Part shown: piece by piece, positions 1 through 12,518 of the stretch
Numbering within the stretch: the stretch's first letter is position 1
Layout: each line of letters starts with the position of its first letter
NCBI GenBank assembly: GCA_025558095.1
Contig: JAIVFI010000039.1
Location: 421,555-485,554 of the forward strand
From: Hyaloraphidium curvatum SAG 235-1
Lineage: Eukaryota; Fungi; Monoblepharomycota
Length of the DNA stretch: 64,000 bases
Direction of reading: 5' to 3'
Made by a program: the position numbers and the translations under genes
The notes under the pieces: model-generated
Seen by the model: only the letters and a program-made list of their open reading frames with translations
Told to the model about the DNA's origin: nothing
Database searches by the model: none

Positions 1-53
1 CGGCCGCGGGCCCAAACAGATCGACGCGCTGCGAGAAAGACGACGCGTCCGCG

Positions 54-1126
54 ATGCCACCGACAGCGCCACCAGAACGATTGCCTCTGAAGCCCCCGGC
101 ATGCAGCCTCAAGATCGTCTCGGTGAAACGCGTGGAGCCTCCCCCGCCTGGGGCGGTCCCGCGCGGCCTCTTCTTCGCCTGCCGACGCGCGAGCAGGCCT
201 GACCGCTGCTTCGAGCTCTACAAGATCCCCGGGCACTTCGGTCAGCCTCCGCTTGGCTTCTTCTGCAGGTCCGAGACCGAGGCGCCGCGCTGCCTCTCGT
301 GCGGCCGCCCCGCACAGAGCACTTTTCCAAGCCAGCGAGGCGAAGGAGACGCACGCGTTCACGTCGACGCGCCGAGCTGCAACACCGGGCTTTGCAACAC
401 CGTCCTGTGGCCCGTCGTCGAGACGCTCGCTGACGCGGTTTCCCACGTGCTCGCGGTCCGCGGAGACCTCTGGCCTCCGCAGACGTTCGCCTACGCCAAC
501 GAACGCATGTCGTTCGTCTTCAAACCAAGTTTGTTTCCCAACGGACAGAAAGATGCGGATCTGTACGCCATAGATCCGCGCACGTTCGACCTCCTCGTGC
601 CCATGCACGTCGCCGATCGCCCCGCGGCTGTGGACCCCGGCGCCGCCCTTGTGGGGCGCGAGGAGCACTTCAAGGCGGCAACGCCGAGCGTGGCGATCAA
701 GAAAGCTTTTTATCATGAGCCCGAAATCAAGAAGGAGTGCCTGCTCTGCGGATCCGGACCGGTCACCAGGTTCGGCTGCGAGGTGGTCACGATCTCGGGC
801 GCCAAGCGACCGCAGGACCTGCTCTTTGCCATCCCCTGCTGCGAACGCCCCTGCTGCTTTGAAGCCGCCTCGATCCTGTGCTCCCGGCTCTGCGCCACCG
901 CCCGGTACGTCTCGTCGAACGGCAAACCCAAGGAGTTCGACGGCAGGAGCTGCGACGGCTGCGGTGGGATCTTTGACTTTCCCGCCCCCGGATCAAGAGC
1001 TGTGGCGCGTGCAAATTCGCGAGGTACTGCTCGAAGGATTGCCAGATAGAGAGCTGGGGCAAGCATAAAGGGATATGCGGGGCGCTGTCCGAGCTGCGTG
1101 GGGCATCGCCTGCTGCGGACCAGTGA
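54..1126 (+). CDS. zf-MYND finger protein, frameshifted near 985-990
   Basis: ORF 54..1049 reaches SCDGCGGIFDFPAP. The frame starting at 989 continues RIKSCGACKFARYCSKDCQIESWGKHKGIC to TGA at 1124-1126, completing a MYND finger. The shift lies in a C-run. Confidence 0.75.
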
Positions 1127-1300
1127 GGAGCATGCCCCTGATCCAAAATGGGGAGCCGTGTCGAGAAGAGCTAAGGACATATGGCATCCACCGGTAGTAA
1201 GGATAGCCGCTCGATCCGAGCCACTCTAGAAGGAGTTGGGAGTTGGTCCGGCGGCCCGCGACGCCAAGGCAAACAAAGCGATCGGGGCCACTCAACAACG

Positions 1301-3799
1301 ATGCGGGGGCCGCTGGGCCTCTGCCTGCGGTCTCCATGGACGCCATTTCTTCCCGCGTTTTTGCCGGCGGCGCTCGGGGCCCCACCTGCCGCGCTGCGGA
1401 CTCTGCGGCCGGCCGCGGGCGCGTCTCCGCGGCCCGCCCAGATTCGCGGGCTCCGCGCGCGGCGGAAGCGCGACATCCCGGCGCCGACCCGGACGAACTT
1501 ACTTGCGGCCGATGAGGTCGCGGAGGAGCGGACAGAAGACGCGGCGGAGGCCGCGGGCCCCGTCGGCATGGGCAGGCATCCCTTGGCGGAGCGGGACCGG
1601 TTCGCTGCCCCGCCACCGGAGGGCGACTACGACTCCCCTCCGCCCTCCCAATGGGACACGCGGGACAGCTTGCCGCCCCCCCCGAACGACCCGCGCGGCG
1701 AGCCCCGCCCGCTGGACCCGGATCTCGCGGACGAGGCGCTCGAGGTGCTCCGTTTGGTCTTCCGGTTCGCCTCGGGCCGCCTGTTCGACACCGGGCGCGA
1801 CATGCCGACGCTGCGGCATCGCCTGCAGCGCGCCTGGAAGGCGTACCTCTACCTGGGTCCGCAGAACCTCACGCACGACGAGCTGCTCCGGGTGGCCTTC
1901 ATGTTCGCCAAGCCGGGCCTGGTGGCGCGCTCCAACCTCCGGGAATTCTTGACGCGCGGGCTAATGGAGGAGGAGGAGGCGCGGGAGTGGACAAAGGACA
2001 TCGAGGACGCGGCCAAGCGGCTGGAGCGGATCGTGTCCCACGCCGCCGTCCTCAAAATCCAGATTTCGCCAGAGATCCTCACCTTCTACTTCACCGTCAA
2101 GCTGGACGAACTGACGTGAGTCGCACCCCGTGTTGTCGCGGAGGAACGCCCCGCCGAACCCCGATCCCCGCCCGCCCGAAGGACCTACCGCGCCGTGCAG
2201 CGCATGCTCACGGTCTTCGACCTTCTCGACATGCCCCCCGCCCCCAGCAACATCGGCACCCTTCTCTCTGGCATCGCCGGCGCCGGCAACTACACCGGCT
2301 TCCTCCACGCCCTCCACGGCGCCGCCTCGCGGTACCCGGACATCTCGACAAACCTCCCCCTCGTGCGGACGTTCCTCGGCGCCGTGCGCAACGTCGCCCG
2401 CCGCGCCTGCGAGGATCTGGAGGGGTACCACGTCGGCCCGCCGCTCGCGCGGGGGTACAGCTTCGCGGCGGACCTGGTGGTCCCCGTGGACCCTGCCAAC
2501 CGCAAGGACGGGCGGGTGAGCAGGGACAGCCCGTTCGCCAAGATCCCGTCGGGCCCGGACCTCCACGTCGGGAGGGCGGCGGATCCCGTGGCGGCGTTGA
2601 GGAGGATGGCGGCCCACCTGGCGCCGGCCGACTTTCTGGACCTGTGCCGGCCCGATGTGCCCCCGGGGAGCGTCAAGCCCGGGAACAAGGTCGTCGCGCT
2701 GCTCGGCCACGCGCTCAACCTGCACGCCGCGGGGTCGGCGGAGCTGGACGCGAGGGTGCTGACGGCCGTCGTGGAGGCGCTGGTGGCGTGGCAGCAGCCC
2801 GCGACGGCGGTGGCGGCGTACGATTTGCTGGTGGGAGAGCCGTACGGGATCCAGCCCGAGGAAACGGCGTTCATCGCGATGCTGGAGGACTGCACGAAGC
2901 GGGACGATGAGAAGCTTGGGAACGGTGTCGTGGCCCGCTGGCGGAGGGACGCGCAGGGGCGGGAGACCCGGCGGCCGCTGTACAACGCGCTCATCGCGTT
3001 CTACGCCAGGACCGGGCGACCGGAACTGGCGCGGGAGGCGTACGGGGAGCTGCGGGCTGCGGGGCACGAGCCGAACTCGGTCACGCTGATGGCGCTGCTG
3101 GACGCCGTGCCGCCGGAACCGCAGGGGTTCGCCCCGTTCCGCGCCCTCTTTGACGAGCTCGGAACTGCGGGCGTGGAAATCAGCACGCAGCACTGGACCA
3201 AGGCCCTCTCGATCATGGTGAAGCGCGGCGACCGCGACGGCATGGCGGAGCTCCTCGTAGCCATCCCCGAGCTGGACCGCACCGCAATCGGGGTGCTGGC
3301 CACGGACGCTGCCGAGCGCGCCGACGTGGAGGACTTCAAGGCCGCGCTGCGGCTGGCCCCCGGCCCCGAGGAGCTCTCGCACTACCCCACGTGGGTCGCG
3401 GCCATCAGGTGCTTCCGCAACGCCATGATCTACGTGCCCGAGCTGCGCGAGGCGGTGGTCGCCGTGGCGGCGGCGGTGCTGGACGAGGAGCCGCTGCGCG
3501 CCGAGGACCTGCCCGAGCAGCTGCAGGATGTGGCGCTGGTGGGCGTCCGGCCGCCGACGAGCGACGTCGCGGGGGTTTTCCGGTCCGCGCTGCTGGCCAC
3601 GGTCGCGGATGTTCTCCGCAAGGTCGGGGGGGTTGAGAGCGATTTGTTGAGGGAGAAGGCGCGGCAGTGCTTGCTCAGGAGGGGGTTGGACGTGCCGGCG
3701 GACAATGTGCAGGAGCTGTGCAACGCGCTGCTGGGAAGGACTGGCACCGGGTCGGTCGTTGGCGGGCCTGTAGCAAAAGGCCGCCCGCTCCCGAGCTGA
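1301..3799 (+). CDS. PPR-repeat-like protein, probably mitochondrial (2 exons)
   Basis: Arg/Ala-rich presequence from ATG 1301. Intron 2116-2181 joins ORFs 1181..2119 and 2195..3799 in frame. PPR-like motifs: LYNALIAFYARTGRPELAREAYGELRAAGHEPNSVTL and GIQPEETAFIAMLEDC. Confidence 0.7.
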
Positions 3800-3955
3800 T
3801 AGCTCCCCTCGGATGTAGAGCCGCGAATGACCATGATCAATCTGCCAGCTTGGCGGCACAATCCGTGCATGCTCGGTCGTCTGCTGATCAATGTCGTGAT
3901 TTCAGTCAAGGCCCTTGACAGAAGCTTTGCGAAGAAGCCCTCCATCCCTCGTGAA

Positions 3956-5728
3956 TTACAACCTGTTGCCCCGTTCTGGTCCGGCGAGCCGCACGTACAC
4001 GTAGTAGGCGGACACCTCCTCCCCATTGCCGTCGACAAAGATCGCCCGCACCCGGGCGTTCCCCTTCGGCAGCTGGAGCACCACCGTCGATCCGAGATCG
4101 CGGTCCCCGACAGGCACTTCCGCCACCTGTCCTCCCAGCACCTCGACCCTCGCGGTCCGCAGATCCAGGGCCTTCCCTCCCTCGTACCAGCCCCACTCGG
4201 CGGCATCCACGGCGTCCCTCCGGAACCCCACGTCCGCCCCCTCGATCCCCTCCTTGGCCGCCCGCGCCGCCTCCTCGGGCCACCTCCGCAGCTCGAACCC
4301 GTACCTCCCCGCCCGCTCGACGCACACCTCCCACCATCCCCTCGCCATCTCCCCCGCCCTCACCTGTCCCTGGTTCCACACGCCGTCCCCGCGCTCGTTC
4401 CGCAGATCGTGCGCGGTCAGCACGGCCGCCGCCGTCCCCGCGGCACCGAGCGACACCGGCACGTCCTCCCCCGCCCGCGCCGCGCAGAGCTCCCACCACT
4501 CCTCGTACGCCGCACGGAGCTCCGCGACCAGCCCCGGGTGCGCCCCGGCGATGTTGTTGCGCTGCCCCGGGTCGGCCGCGAGGTCGTACAGCTCCGTCCG
4601 GTTGACCAGGCGCCACCGGCCCTGCATCACGCAGCTCAGGCGCCACTTGACGGGGTACGGCACGCGCTGGGTGTCGGTCACCACGGTGCGCTCCAGGAAC
4701 GCGGGGTCGGGGGCGGAGCCGCGGAGGAGCGCAGCGAGGCTGCGCCCGTGGAACCCGGCGGGGGGAAAGGGGACCCCGCAGAGGTCCAGCACGGTGGGGG
4801 CAAAGTCGATGTAGGCCGTCAGCGCGCGCACGTCCAGGCCGCCCGGGCGGCCGATCCCGCCGCCGGGCCACCGCGCGAAAAGGGGGATCCGGTGGCCGCC
4901 CTCGTACATGCTGCCCTTGTACCCGCGCATGCCCGCGTTGTAGGCCCGCTCGGGCCCGGCGGCGATCCCGCACTGCCCGTTGTCGCTGGCAAAGATGAGC
5001 ACGGTGTCGTCCTCGATGCCCAGTCCGGCGAGGCGGGTCCGAAGGAGGCCAAAGTTTTCGTCGATGTTGGATATCATGCCCAGGAACCGCGCGTAGCTCT
5101 CGGTCTTTGTGCGTCCCGCGTACATGGCGCGGTACCGCTCCTCGACGTTGAAGGGGTGGTGCGGCGCGTTGGTCGAGATCATGCAGAACACGGGCCGCCG
5201 CTCGTGGTGCTCCTCGATGAACTTGAGCGCCTCCCGGAAGAAGACGTCCGTGCAGTACCCCCGGAACGCCGTCGGCACGCCGTCGACCGAGTACGTATCG
5301 TCAAAGTAATCGTTTCCCCAGCTGTCCGGCACCTGGCCGATGCCGCCGCCGCCGTGGACCACCGTGCGGCCGAACCCGCGGTCCTGGGCACGGTACGGGT
5401 ATGCGTCGCCGAGATGCCACTTGCCAAACAGCCCCGTCGCGTAGCCCGCCTCGGACAGGGCGTCGGCCAGCGTGCGCTCGCCCCTGCGCAGCAGCGAGCG
5501 GCCCCCGACGGTGTGCCAGACGCCGGTCGAGTTTGCGTGGTGGCCGGTGAGCAGGCCCGCGCGCGTCGGGGCGCACGTGGTGCCCGAGTGGAAGTCGAGC
5601 AGGCGCGCGGCGCCGCCGTGGAACGCGTCGAGGTGCGGCGTCCGCACGAGGGGATGGCCGTGCGCGCCCAGCGGCGGGTAGCCCTGGTCATCGGTCAGCA
5701 CAAACACGACGTGCGGAGGTCTGGCCAT
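3956..5728 (-). CDS. Arylsulfatase (formylglycine-dependent sulfatase), intronless
   Basis: Motifs PHVVFVLTDDQG, CAPTRAGLLTG (CxPxR), GKWHLG, SDNG, KGSMYEGGHRIP, ELYDLAADPGQ. No signal peptide. Confidence 0.93.
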   Translation of the reverse strand: MARPPHVVFVLTDDQGYPPLGAHGHPLVRTPHLDAFHGGAARLLDFHSGTTCAPTRAGLLTGHHANSTGVWHTVGGRSLLRRGERTLADALSEAGYATGLFGKWHLGDAYPYRAQDRGFGRTVVHGGGGIGQVPDSWGNDYFDDTYSVDGVPTAFRGYCTDVFFREALKFIEEHHERRPVFCMISTNAPHHPFNVEERYRAMYAGRTKTESYARFLGMISNIDENFGLLRTRLAGLGIEDDTVLIFASDNGQCGIAAGPERAYNAGMRGYKGSMYEGGHRIPLFARWPGGGIGRPGGLDVRALTAYIDFAPTVLDLCGVPFPPAGFHGRSLAALLRGSAPDPAFLERTVVTDTQRVPYPVKWRLSCVMQGRWRLVNRTELYDLAADPGQRNNIAGAHPGLVAELRAAYEEWWELCAARAGEDVPVSLGAAGTAAAVLTAHDLRNERGDGVWNQGQVRAGEMARGWWEVCVERAGRYGFELRRWPEEAARAAKEGIEGADVGFRRDAVDAAEWGWYEGGKALDLRTARVEVLGGQVAEVPVGDRDLGSTVVLQLPKGNARVRAIFVDGNGEEVSAYYVYVRLAGPERGNRL

Positions 5729-6053
5729 TGGCGGACCGCTCTCCGGGAGGGATGGGCAGTTGTTCGGGGATTGGGTCTCCGACGCAGGCCGACTGCTCTA
5801 GAGTTGCCTCGGATGTGTGGCGGCTAATGAAGATGATCCATTCAGCAGCTTGGCATCATCATCATCTGCACGATTCGGTACTATGTCCGTGATTGAAAAG
5901 TGATTTCAAGCAAGGCCGCGCGAGTGGGCGGTGCGGGAGAAGGGCCTCATTCCCGGAAGCTCCGGGCGCGCCCAACCCCGGCGCCCGCGGAGCGCTTAGC
6001 GCGCGACTTGTTTGGCGACGTTGCCGCTGCCGCCCGCAGCCCGCGCGCCCCGA

Positions 6054-8085
6054 ATGGCGTCCGCGCGCGTCGTCCCCGCGCGGGTCACCTCACTGTTGAC
6101 CCGCGTGCTCCGGCCGACCGCGGGGCCCGCGCCACCCGCGCGCCCTTCCGCACGGCTCCTGCAATGCGCGCCGGTCCGCGCCGAGGCGCCCGGCGCCCTC
6201 CCCAAGTCGCCGTGGGGCGCGCCGCGCCGCGCGTCCCACACGGCCGCGTCGCCCCCGCGTCCCCAAACAAGCGCCCGCGGCGCCGCACTCGCGGCACTGG
6301 CCGGGCTGGCCTCCGCCGCCTTCCTCTTCTCGCGGCGGCGCGTCGAGGCCGAATCCAGGCCCGCCAAGCCCGCCGCGGAGCCGGAGTACTCGCTGGCCGA
6401 CGTGGCAAAGCACAAGACCAAGGAGGACCGCGTGTGGGTCACATTCGAGGACGGCGTCTACGATATCACCGAGTGGATCGACGAGCACCCCGGTGGGCCG
6501 CCGCCCGTCGCCTTGAAAGGATCCTGGAAGCTGACTCCTTGCCGCAGGCGGGCCGAGGATCATGCAGGCGGCCGGCGGCCCTATCGACCCGTACTGGAAG
6601 CTCTACAAGGTCCACGGGTCGTCCAAGACGGCAATGGAGGAGCTCAAGAAGATGCGGATCGGGAGGCTCAAGGCCGGGGAGCGGCCCGACCTGACCATCG
6701 CGGACGAGTTTGAGAACGAGCCCGAGCGGTCGGCCGAGCTGGTCGTGCGGAGCCCTCAACCGTTGAATGCCGGTGGGTGTCACTCGGGGCCGTCAAGAGA
6801 TAGTCATATTGACATGATCCACACTTGGCATCCACAGAGACGCCCAGCTACGCCCTCTCGGACGAGTTCATCACCCCCACCGACCTCTTCTACGTCCGCG
6901 GCCACTTCCCCGTCCCCGACATCGACCCCGCCGCCTACACCCTCGAGATCACCGGCCTCGGCGTGCGCCCCCTCGTCCTGACCCTGGACGACCTCCGCAC
7001 GCGCTTCCCGCACGCGAGCATATGCTGCTCCCTGCAGTGCGCCGGCAACAGGCGCCGCGACATGTCCTCGGAGCGCGCGACGCAGGGGCTGCAGTGGGCG
7101 TCGGGGGCCATCGGGACCGCGGTGTTCACGGGGGTCAGGCTGAGGGACGTGCTGCGGTACGCGGGGCTGCTCGAGATACCCAAGGGGGAGAACGTCAAGT
7201 GCAACGTGCGCCACGTTCAGGTGAGCCGGGTGTGGCCGCTCGTCCTTCGTCGCTGACGCATTTCCCAGTTCGAGGGGTACGACGGCTACGGCGGCTCGAT
7301 CGACATCTCCAAGGCCTACGACGAGGAAGCCGACGTCATCCTCGCCTGGTCCATGAACGGCCAGCCCCTCGACCGCGACCACGGCGCGCCCGTCCGCGTG
7401 GTGGTCCCCGGCCGCGTCGCCGCGCGCAGCGTCAAGTTCCTAAAGACCGTCCGGCTCTCGGACAGGGAGAGCCCCGCGCAGTGGCAACAGCGGGACTACC
7501 GCATCCCCCCGCCCTACGCCGACCCGGCGACGTACGACCTCGCCGAGGCGCCGCCGATACAGGAGCTCCCCGTGCAGAGCGCGATCACCTCGCCGGACCC
7601 CGAGCAGGGCGCGGTGCTGGGCGCCGGGGAGGCGGAGCTGCTGCTCAAGGGCTACGCGGTCTCGGGCGCGCGCAGGCGGATCCTCCGCGTCGACGTGTCG
7701 GTGGACGGCGGGGAGACGTGGAGGGGGGCGAGGATCACGGACGGCAAAGCGTGGCTGGCCTCGGACCCCGACGCCGCGGGGCTGGGCGAGGCCGAGAGGC
7801 GCGCGGTCTGGGACGGGTCGCAGAAGGGCTGGTGCTGGGTCAAGTGGGAGCTGAGGGTGCCGAGGGAGGAGCTGCTGAGGGGGGCCAAGGACGGGGAGGT
7901 GGAGGTGGTGTGCAAGGCGGTCAATTCGGCGTTCAACGTGCAGCCCGAGAAGGTGGGTCGTCCCCGCGGCGCGGCCGGGGCGGTGCGAAAGGGGCTGACG
8001 ATGGGAGCAGCACGCGCCGGTGTACAACTACAGGGGATTCCTGGCCAACGCGTGGCACAGGCTCAAGATCAAGATCGAGGGGTGA
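6054..8085 (+). CDS. SUOX: Sulfite oxidase (cyt b5 + molybdopterin + dimerisation domains), multi-exon
   Basis: Presequence and TM segment, cyt b5 motif (VYDITEWIDEHPG-G), ETP..FYVRGH, LQCAGNRR, MNGQPLDRDHGAPVRVVVPG, KAVNSAFNVQPE, and LANAWHR before TGA 8083-8085. Confidence 0.92.
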
Positions 8086-8272
8086 GGCGCCGGGCGGTCC
8101 GGGCCGCACCGGGGGACGGGCCGCAGGACGGCCGCCCGCCCGGTTTATCTGTGTATGCTGACATTCAAATCAACGGGACCGGATTGGAAGCCGGCAAGGC
8201 TCCGTTGGAGGACCGTGCATCTGGCCGCGCGGAACGATCGACGCGTCCGCAAACAACGCGAAGGCGGCCACC

Positions 8273-9237
8273 ATGAACGAGACCGCGTTCGAGACGCTCC
8301 CCGCGTCCGTCGAGCGCGCGGGGATGGAGTAGATGCAGGCGGCCCTGGCCGCCATCGACGGGGCCGAGGGCAGCGACGCGAAATAGAAGGCCCTGTGCGA
8401 GGTCAACCCGACAACTACGCCGATGAAATCAGTTGGAAGCTGGCCAAGTTCATGAGGGTGGGATCCGGCGCGTTGAAGGGCCGAATTGTGGCTCTGAATG
8501 GTCTCCGTCTGGCAGTACTCCACCCCGACGCGCATCTCCGAAGCCACGCCCTACCTCCACCGCGTCCTCGAGCGGCACTACCGCGTCAACCCTCCAGCTT
8601 CGACACCGTCCCGGAGCTGTACCTCGCCGTGGCCCTGCACAAGGTCCCCGGCGCGGATGAGGAGGCCGAGGCGCGGTTCAAAATGGCGTTCGCGGCGTCC
8701 GACATAAAGAGCGCGTGGCACACGGCGCTCTGGGCGAGGGGGGCGTACTCGAGGCTGCTGAGGAGGGTGGGGAAGGTGGAGGAGGCGGAGAGGCAGGAGG
8801 AGGAGCTGAGGTGGGGCATCGTGCCGCCGCCGAGGCGGTCATCTGCTCACCGCAGGCACAGGAACTACGTCCGTGGGCACCCGTAAGGCATGCCCCCCTC
8901 CGAGTTCCGCGCGCTCGTGCTGGACCCCGAGCACACGGGTCGGGAGCACATCCTCGGCTGCCCCGAGGCCGCGGACCTCTGGTCCGGCGCCTCCGAGATG
9001 GCCCCGGGGATCATGATCCGCGGGTTCGGCGGCGCCGGCGCGGGGGGCACGGTGTTCGTGTCGCCCGGGGCGATGCGGAGCGGGGCCAAGGCGGCCAAGG
9101 GGAAGATCGTCGAGGTGGACGAGGAGGAGGAGATGTGGGAGGACGTGGATTCGGACGACGAGATGGACGGGGACGAGGAGGAGGAGGACGAAGATGGGGA
9201 GGACGAAGAAGGGGAGGACGAAGGAGGCGAGAAGTGA
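8273..9237 (+). pseudogene. Degenerate helical (TPR-like) protein gene with an acidic tail
   Basis: Coding-like segments are interrupted by TAG 8330, TAG 8384, TAA 8884 and two frame changes. Introns are retained near 8458-8515 and 8811-8862. Confidence 0.55.
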
Positions 9238-10135
9238 GCGATACCTGGACGTAGGTTGCGTATTGGTTCGCATCCCGTGTTTTTACCTACTATGCCGACA
9301 CGCCGAAAGAAACATGGATGCTGCACGCAGTGTCGAGTTAAGCGGCCAGCCGCGCCGTGCTGACCGGGCCTCACTCGTCGCGCGCGAGCCTGCTTGCCAC
9401 ACTCACCACACCATCGCCGGATCCAGACCGGTCCATCGGGCGCCGCACTGCCGACGCCCGACTGCGATGGCGCGCTCCGGCGCGCCGATGCGCGGGTTTG
9501 CCCGAGGGTTCGGCTCGACGTATTCGCGGGCCTTGGCGGTGCCGGTCGAGGAGCGCCGACCGGGCGGACGGGGCGGACGGGTTTGGGTTTGGGACCGCAG
9601 TCGGAGCCCGATGGTTCCGGAACCCGCCGGGCGGGATCAGACGACGCTCGAGGTAGGCGGTTGCGGGCGTCAGCTCCCCGGCCTTGGACGCCGAGACCGT
9701 CGCGGCCGGCCAAACCGGGCACGACGAGCACATCCCGCCCTGGCCGCACGTGGTCCGACCAGCCCGAGTGTTCCGATTCGAAGGACGGCGGGATCTATGG
9801 GCTTTGCTCGGGTTTGCCGGGGGGTGGTGCCCGCGGGAGACCCTTGCCGCCCGAACCCGGTCTCCGGCGCATTGGGGGACAGAGACGGCAAGGCAGAGGC
9901 TGATTCTTGAGCCCCGAAGTTGCTAGCATTTCGGCACTTCCCGTTGTATGGCACACGATGCAGTTCGTGCAGGGAAGCAGCGCGGCCGGATCTTCCGCAG
10001 GGCCTTCCGGGGTCCAGACCCCCCGCGTCGGGCGCACGGGACGCCCCCCGGCAAACGGCCGGAGCACTGATCCAAAGGTATTCAAAAGCGCCTTGCCGCG
10101 ACGCCACAGACCGCCGCCGCCACCGCCTGCCCGCC

Positions 10136-11134
10136 ATGCTCGGCGGCGACGACCTCCGCGCCGCCGCGATGTTCGCCCCGCTAGCGCACGCGGCCGGCCC
10201 CGCCCGCGCACCTCCGGCGCTCGCGCCCGCCCTCCCGACGCCGCCGAACCCGGCGCCACCGCCACACGCCTTCCCGCCGTCCGACCCGGCAACCCACGAG
10301 CGCTCGCGCTCGGCGCCGCCGCACAACGCGCCACTATGCGGCGAGCTGTCCAACCGCGGCGGCAGGGACTTCTTCCGATGCACCCTGGACGGTCGGCTCT
10401 TCGACCTCGACGCCACCCTGGACGTCAGCGAGGCAGAGGTGCGCGAGTGGGCTGTATACCCGGGCAAGCCGTCCGACGCCCCCGCCGACGCCGCGAGCAG
10501 GAAGGCCGGTAACAGGTCCGTCTTCGAGGTGCGTGCCCCTGCAGACTTACAGAGCAGCGATCGCTAACTCCTTGTGCCCTGCCGGTCGCAGCACGCCGTC
10601 AACGTGCAGGCCGCCAAGTTCGTCCTCCTCAACCCCGCCCTGCGCCGCGAGCGCAAGTTCGTCCGCTGCCGCATCCTCGAGGCCTACCGCAACTCGCACC
10701 CGGAATTCATGAGCCGCCGTGCCAAGCAGCGGATGCGGATGCGGAGCGGGGGCCGCAAGAAGGCGCCCGACCCCGGAAGCCCCGGATCGGCGTCGGACGG
10801 CACCGCCTCGCCGAGCTTCGGGTGGCTCGCCTCGCCCAGCTTCGGCTGGTCGTCCGCCTCGGGAAGCTCGAGCTTCGAGACCATGGCGGCGTTCGACAGC
10901 GCCCCTGCGCCCCAGCGCTTCCCGGCCCTCCAGGAACTCGGCATCGGCGGGGTCCACTGCTCCTACCCCGCCTCCACCGCCCGCGACATCCCCCTCTTCT
11001 TCCCGCCGGTGATCGACCTCGCGCCGATGCCCGGCCCCTCCTCGCCGGCACCCCCGCGGTTGCCAAACCTCGAGGTGCTCGCCGAGATCGCGGTGCAGCT
11101 GCTCCCGGAAGCCTGCGCCGGCTGCGGGCTCTGA
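10136..11134 (+). CDS. Hypothetical Pro/Ser-rich protein with a basic segment (possible nuclear regulator)
   Basis: Intron 10529-10591 (GTGCGT..CTAAC..CAG) joins two ORFs in phase 0. Basic stretch RRAKQRMRMRSGGRKK and C-terminal LEVLAEIA. Confidence 0.55.
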
Positions 11135-11303
11135 CTTGACCTGATTCCACTCGCGGGGCGGCTTCGGTTGCCGTCCCCCCACTCGGCCTCTAGGACTCGT
11201 TCACGCTCCTGTGGTCACAACTACCCCATGTCGGATGTACCCATTCCTGATGGCAAAAACTGTGTTGTCTTCGGATCCATTGCCCCGCGTCCGCCCGCCG
11301 CGC

Positions 11304-12361
11304 CTACATCCTCGGCCTGTACTCCTTCCCCGTCTCGTCGTCGCTGTTCCACTCCATCCTGATCCTCCGCGCCAGCGGTCCCCTCTCCTCCCTGGTGTAG
11401 ATGTGCCCCAGCTTCCCCCACCCCCCGAACCCGTATCCCAGGAGGCGCTGCAGCCTCTCCGGCATCCGCGCCGCGCGGTCCTGCGGCACCGAGACGAGGA
11501 AGCACTCCTGCGGCCGCACCCAGCCCGCGCAGTACGCGAGGGTGACCCCGTGCCGCGTCAGGGAGGTGCGGTTGGCGCCGCCGCCGTGGTAGGTGGAGCC
11601 GAGGACGAAGAGGGCCGAGCGGGGGGGCATGGAGGCGCGGAGGGTGGGGTAGGTGGCGGCGGGGTCGGGCTGTAGACGGGGGCGGGCACGAGGGACGGGA
11701 GGAGAGTGTCAATCAGGGACGGGCGCGGCACGACGGGGGAGACAAACGTAGCGGTCGAGACGGTGCGAGCCGGGGAGCACATGCGTGGCTCCATTCTCGG
11801 GGGTGAACTCGCTCAGGGAGAGAATCACGTTGACGTAAATCTCGGGATGGGGTCGGCGCTGGTTGTACAGGCCGTCGTCGGCGTGGATCGCCTGGGCCTG
11901 TGGGGCACAACCGAGGGCCTTTGGTCAGAACGGGCAAGCTCCTGACGGTACCGTTGCCTGAATCCCACCTTTTCCCCCGGGCCAATGCTCACGGTCCCCA
12001 GCGTCCCCAGCAGCATATCCTTCCCCAGCACCTTCTCCACCACCGGCAGCACCCTCGGCAGCAGCGGCACCTCGGCCCACTCGTCGTCCGCGTTGAGCAG
12101 GTCGAAGAACCGGTACGTGTTGCGCCCGTGGAAGTCCTGCGCCAGCACGCGGTGCCAGCCGCCCGCCATGTAGCGCTCGATGTGGGAGAGGAGGGAGGTG
12201 CACAAAGAGGGTGGGACGGCGTCGGGGAGGATGGCGAAGCCGTCGCGGAGGAGGGCGGAGGCGACTTCGTCGGGGGTGGCGATGGCGGCGAGGACGGGGG
12301 CGCAGCCCGGGGAGGAGGCGGAGGGCGACGCGGAAGGCGAGGCGGAGGCAGAGGCAGACAT
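11304..12361 (-). CDS. PhyH-family Fe(II)/2OG dioxygenase, multi-exon
   Basis: LLRDGFAIL, IGPGEK..Q.IHADD (HxD), GATHVLPGSH, YHGGGANRT..RHGVTLAYCAGWVRPQE. Ends ..RPRM. Confidence 0.85.
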
Positions 12362-12518
12362 TTTGCTGACCACGGATACCAGTGGAGAGAGGGGCGCAGG
12401 CTCCTTTGGCGACAGAGGCTCGAGCGATGTCTCCCGCGAAGGAGATGTGGCAAGTGGAGCTCCGTGTGGAACGCGTCCTGCGGTAGCTCTCCAACGCCTC
12501 CTAATCGGGCTCCGAACG

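Noticed and set aside
3827-5827. Long antisense or overlapping ORFs (e.g. 3827..5827, 1961..3859, 58273..59955, 44770..46347)
   Set aside because: These are shadow frames of GC-rich genes, with Arg/Pro/Gly-rich translations and no motifs.
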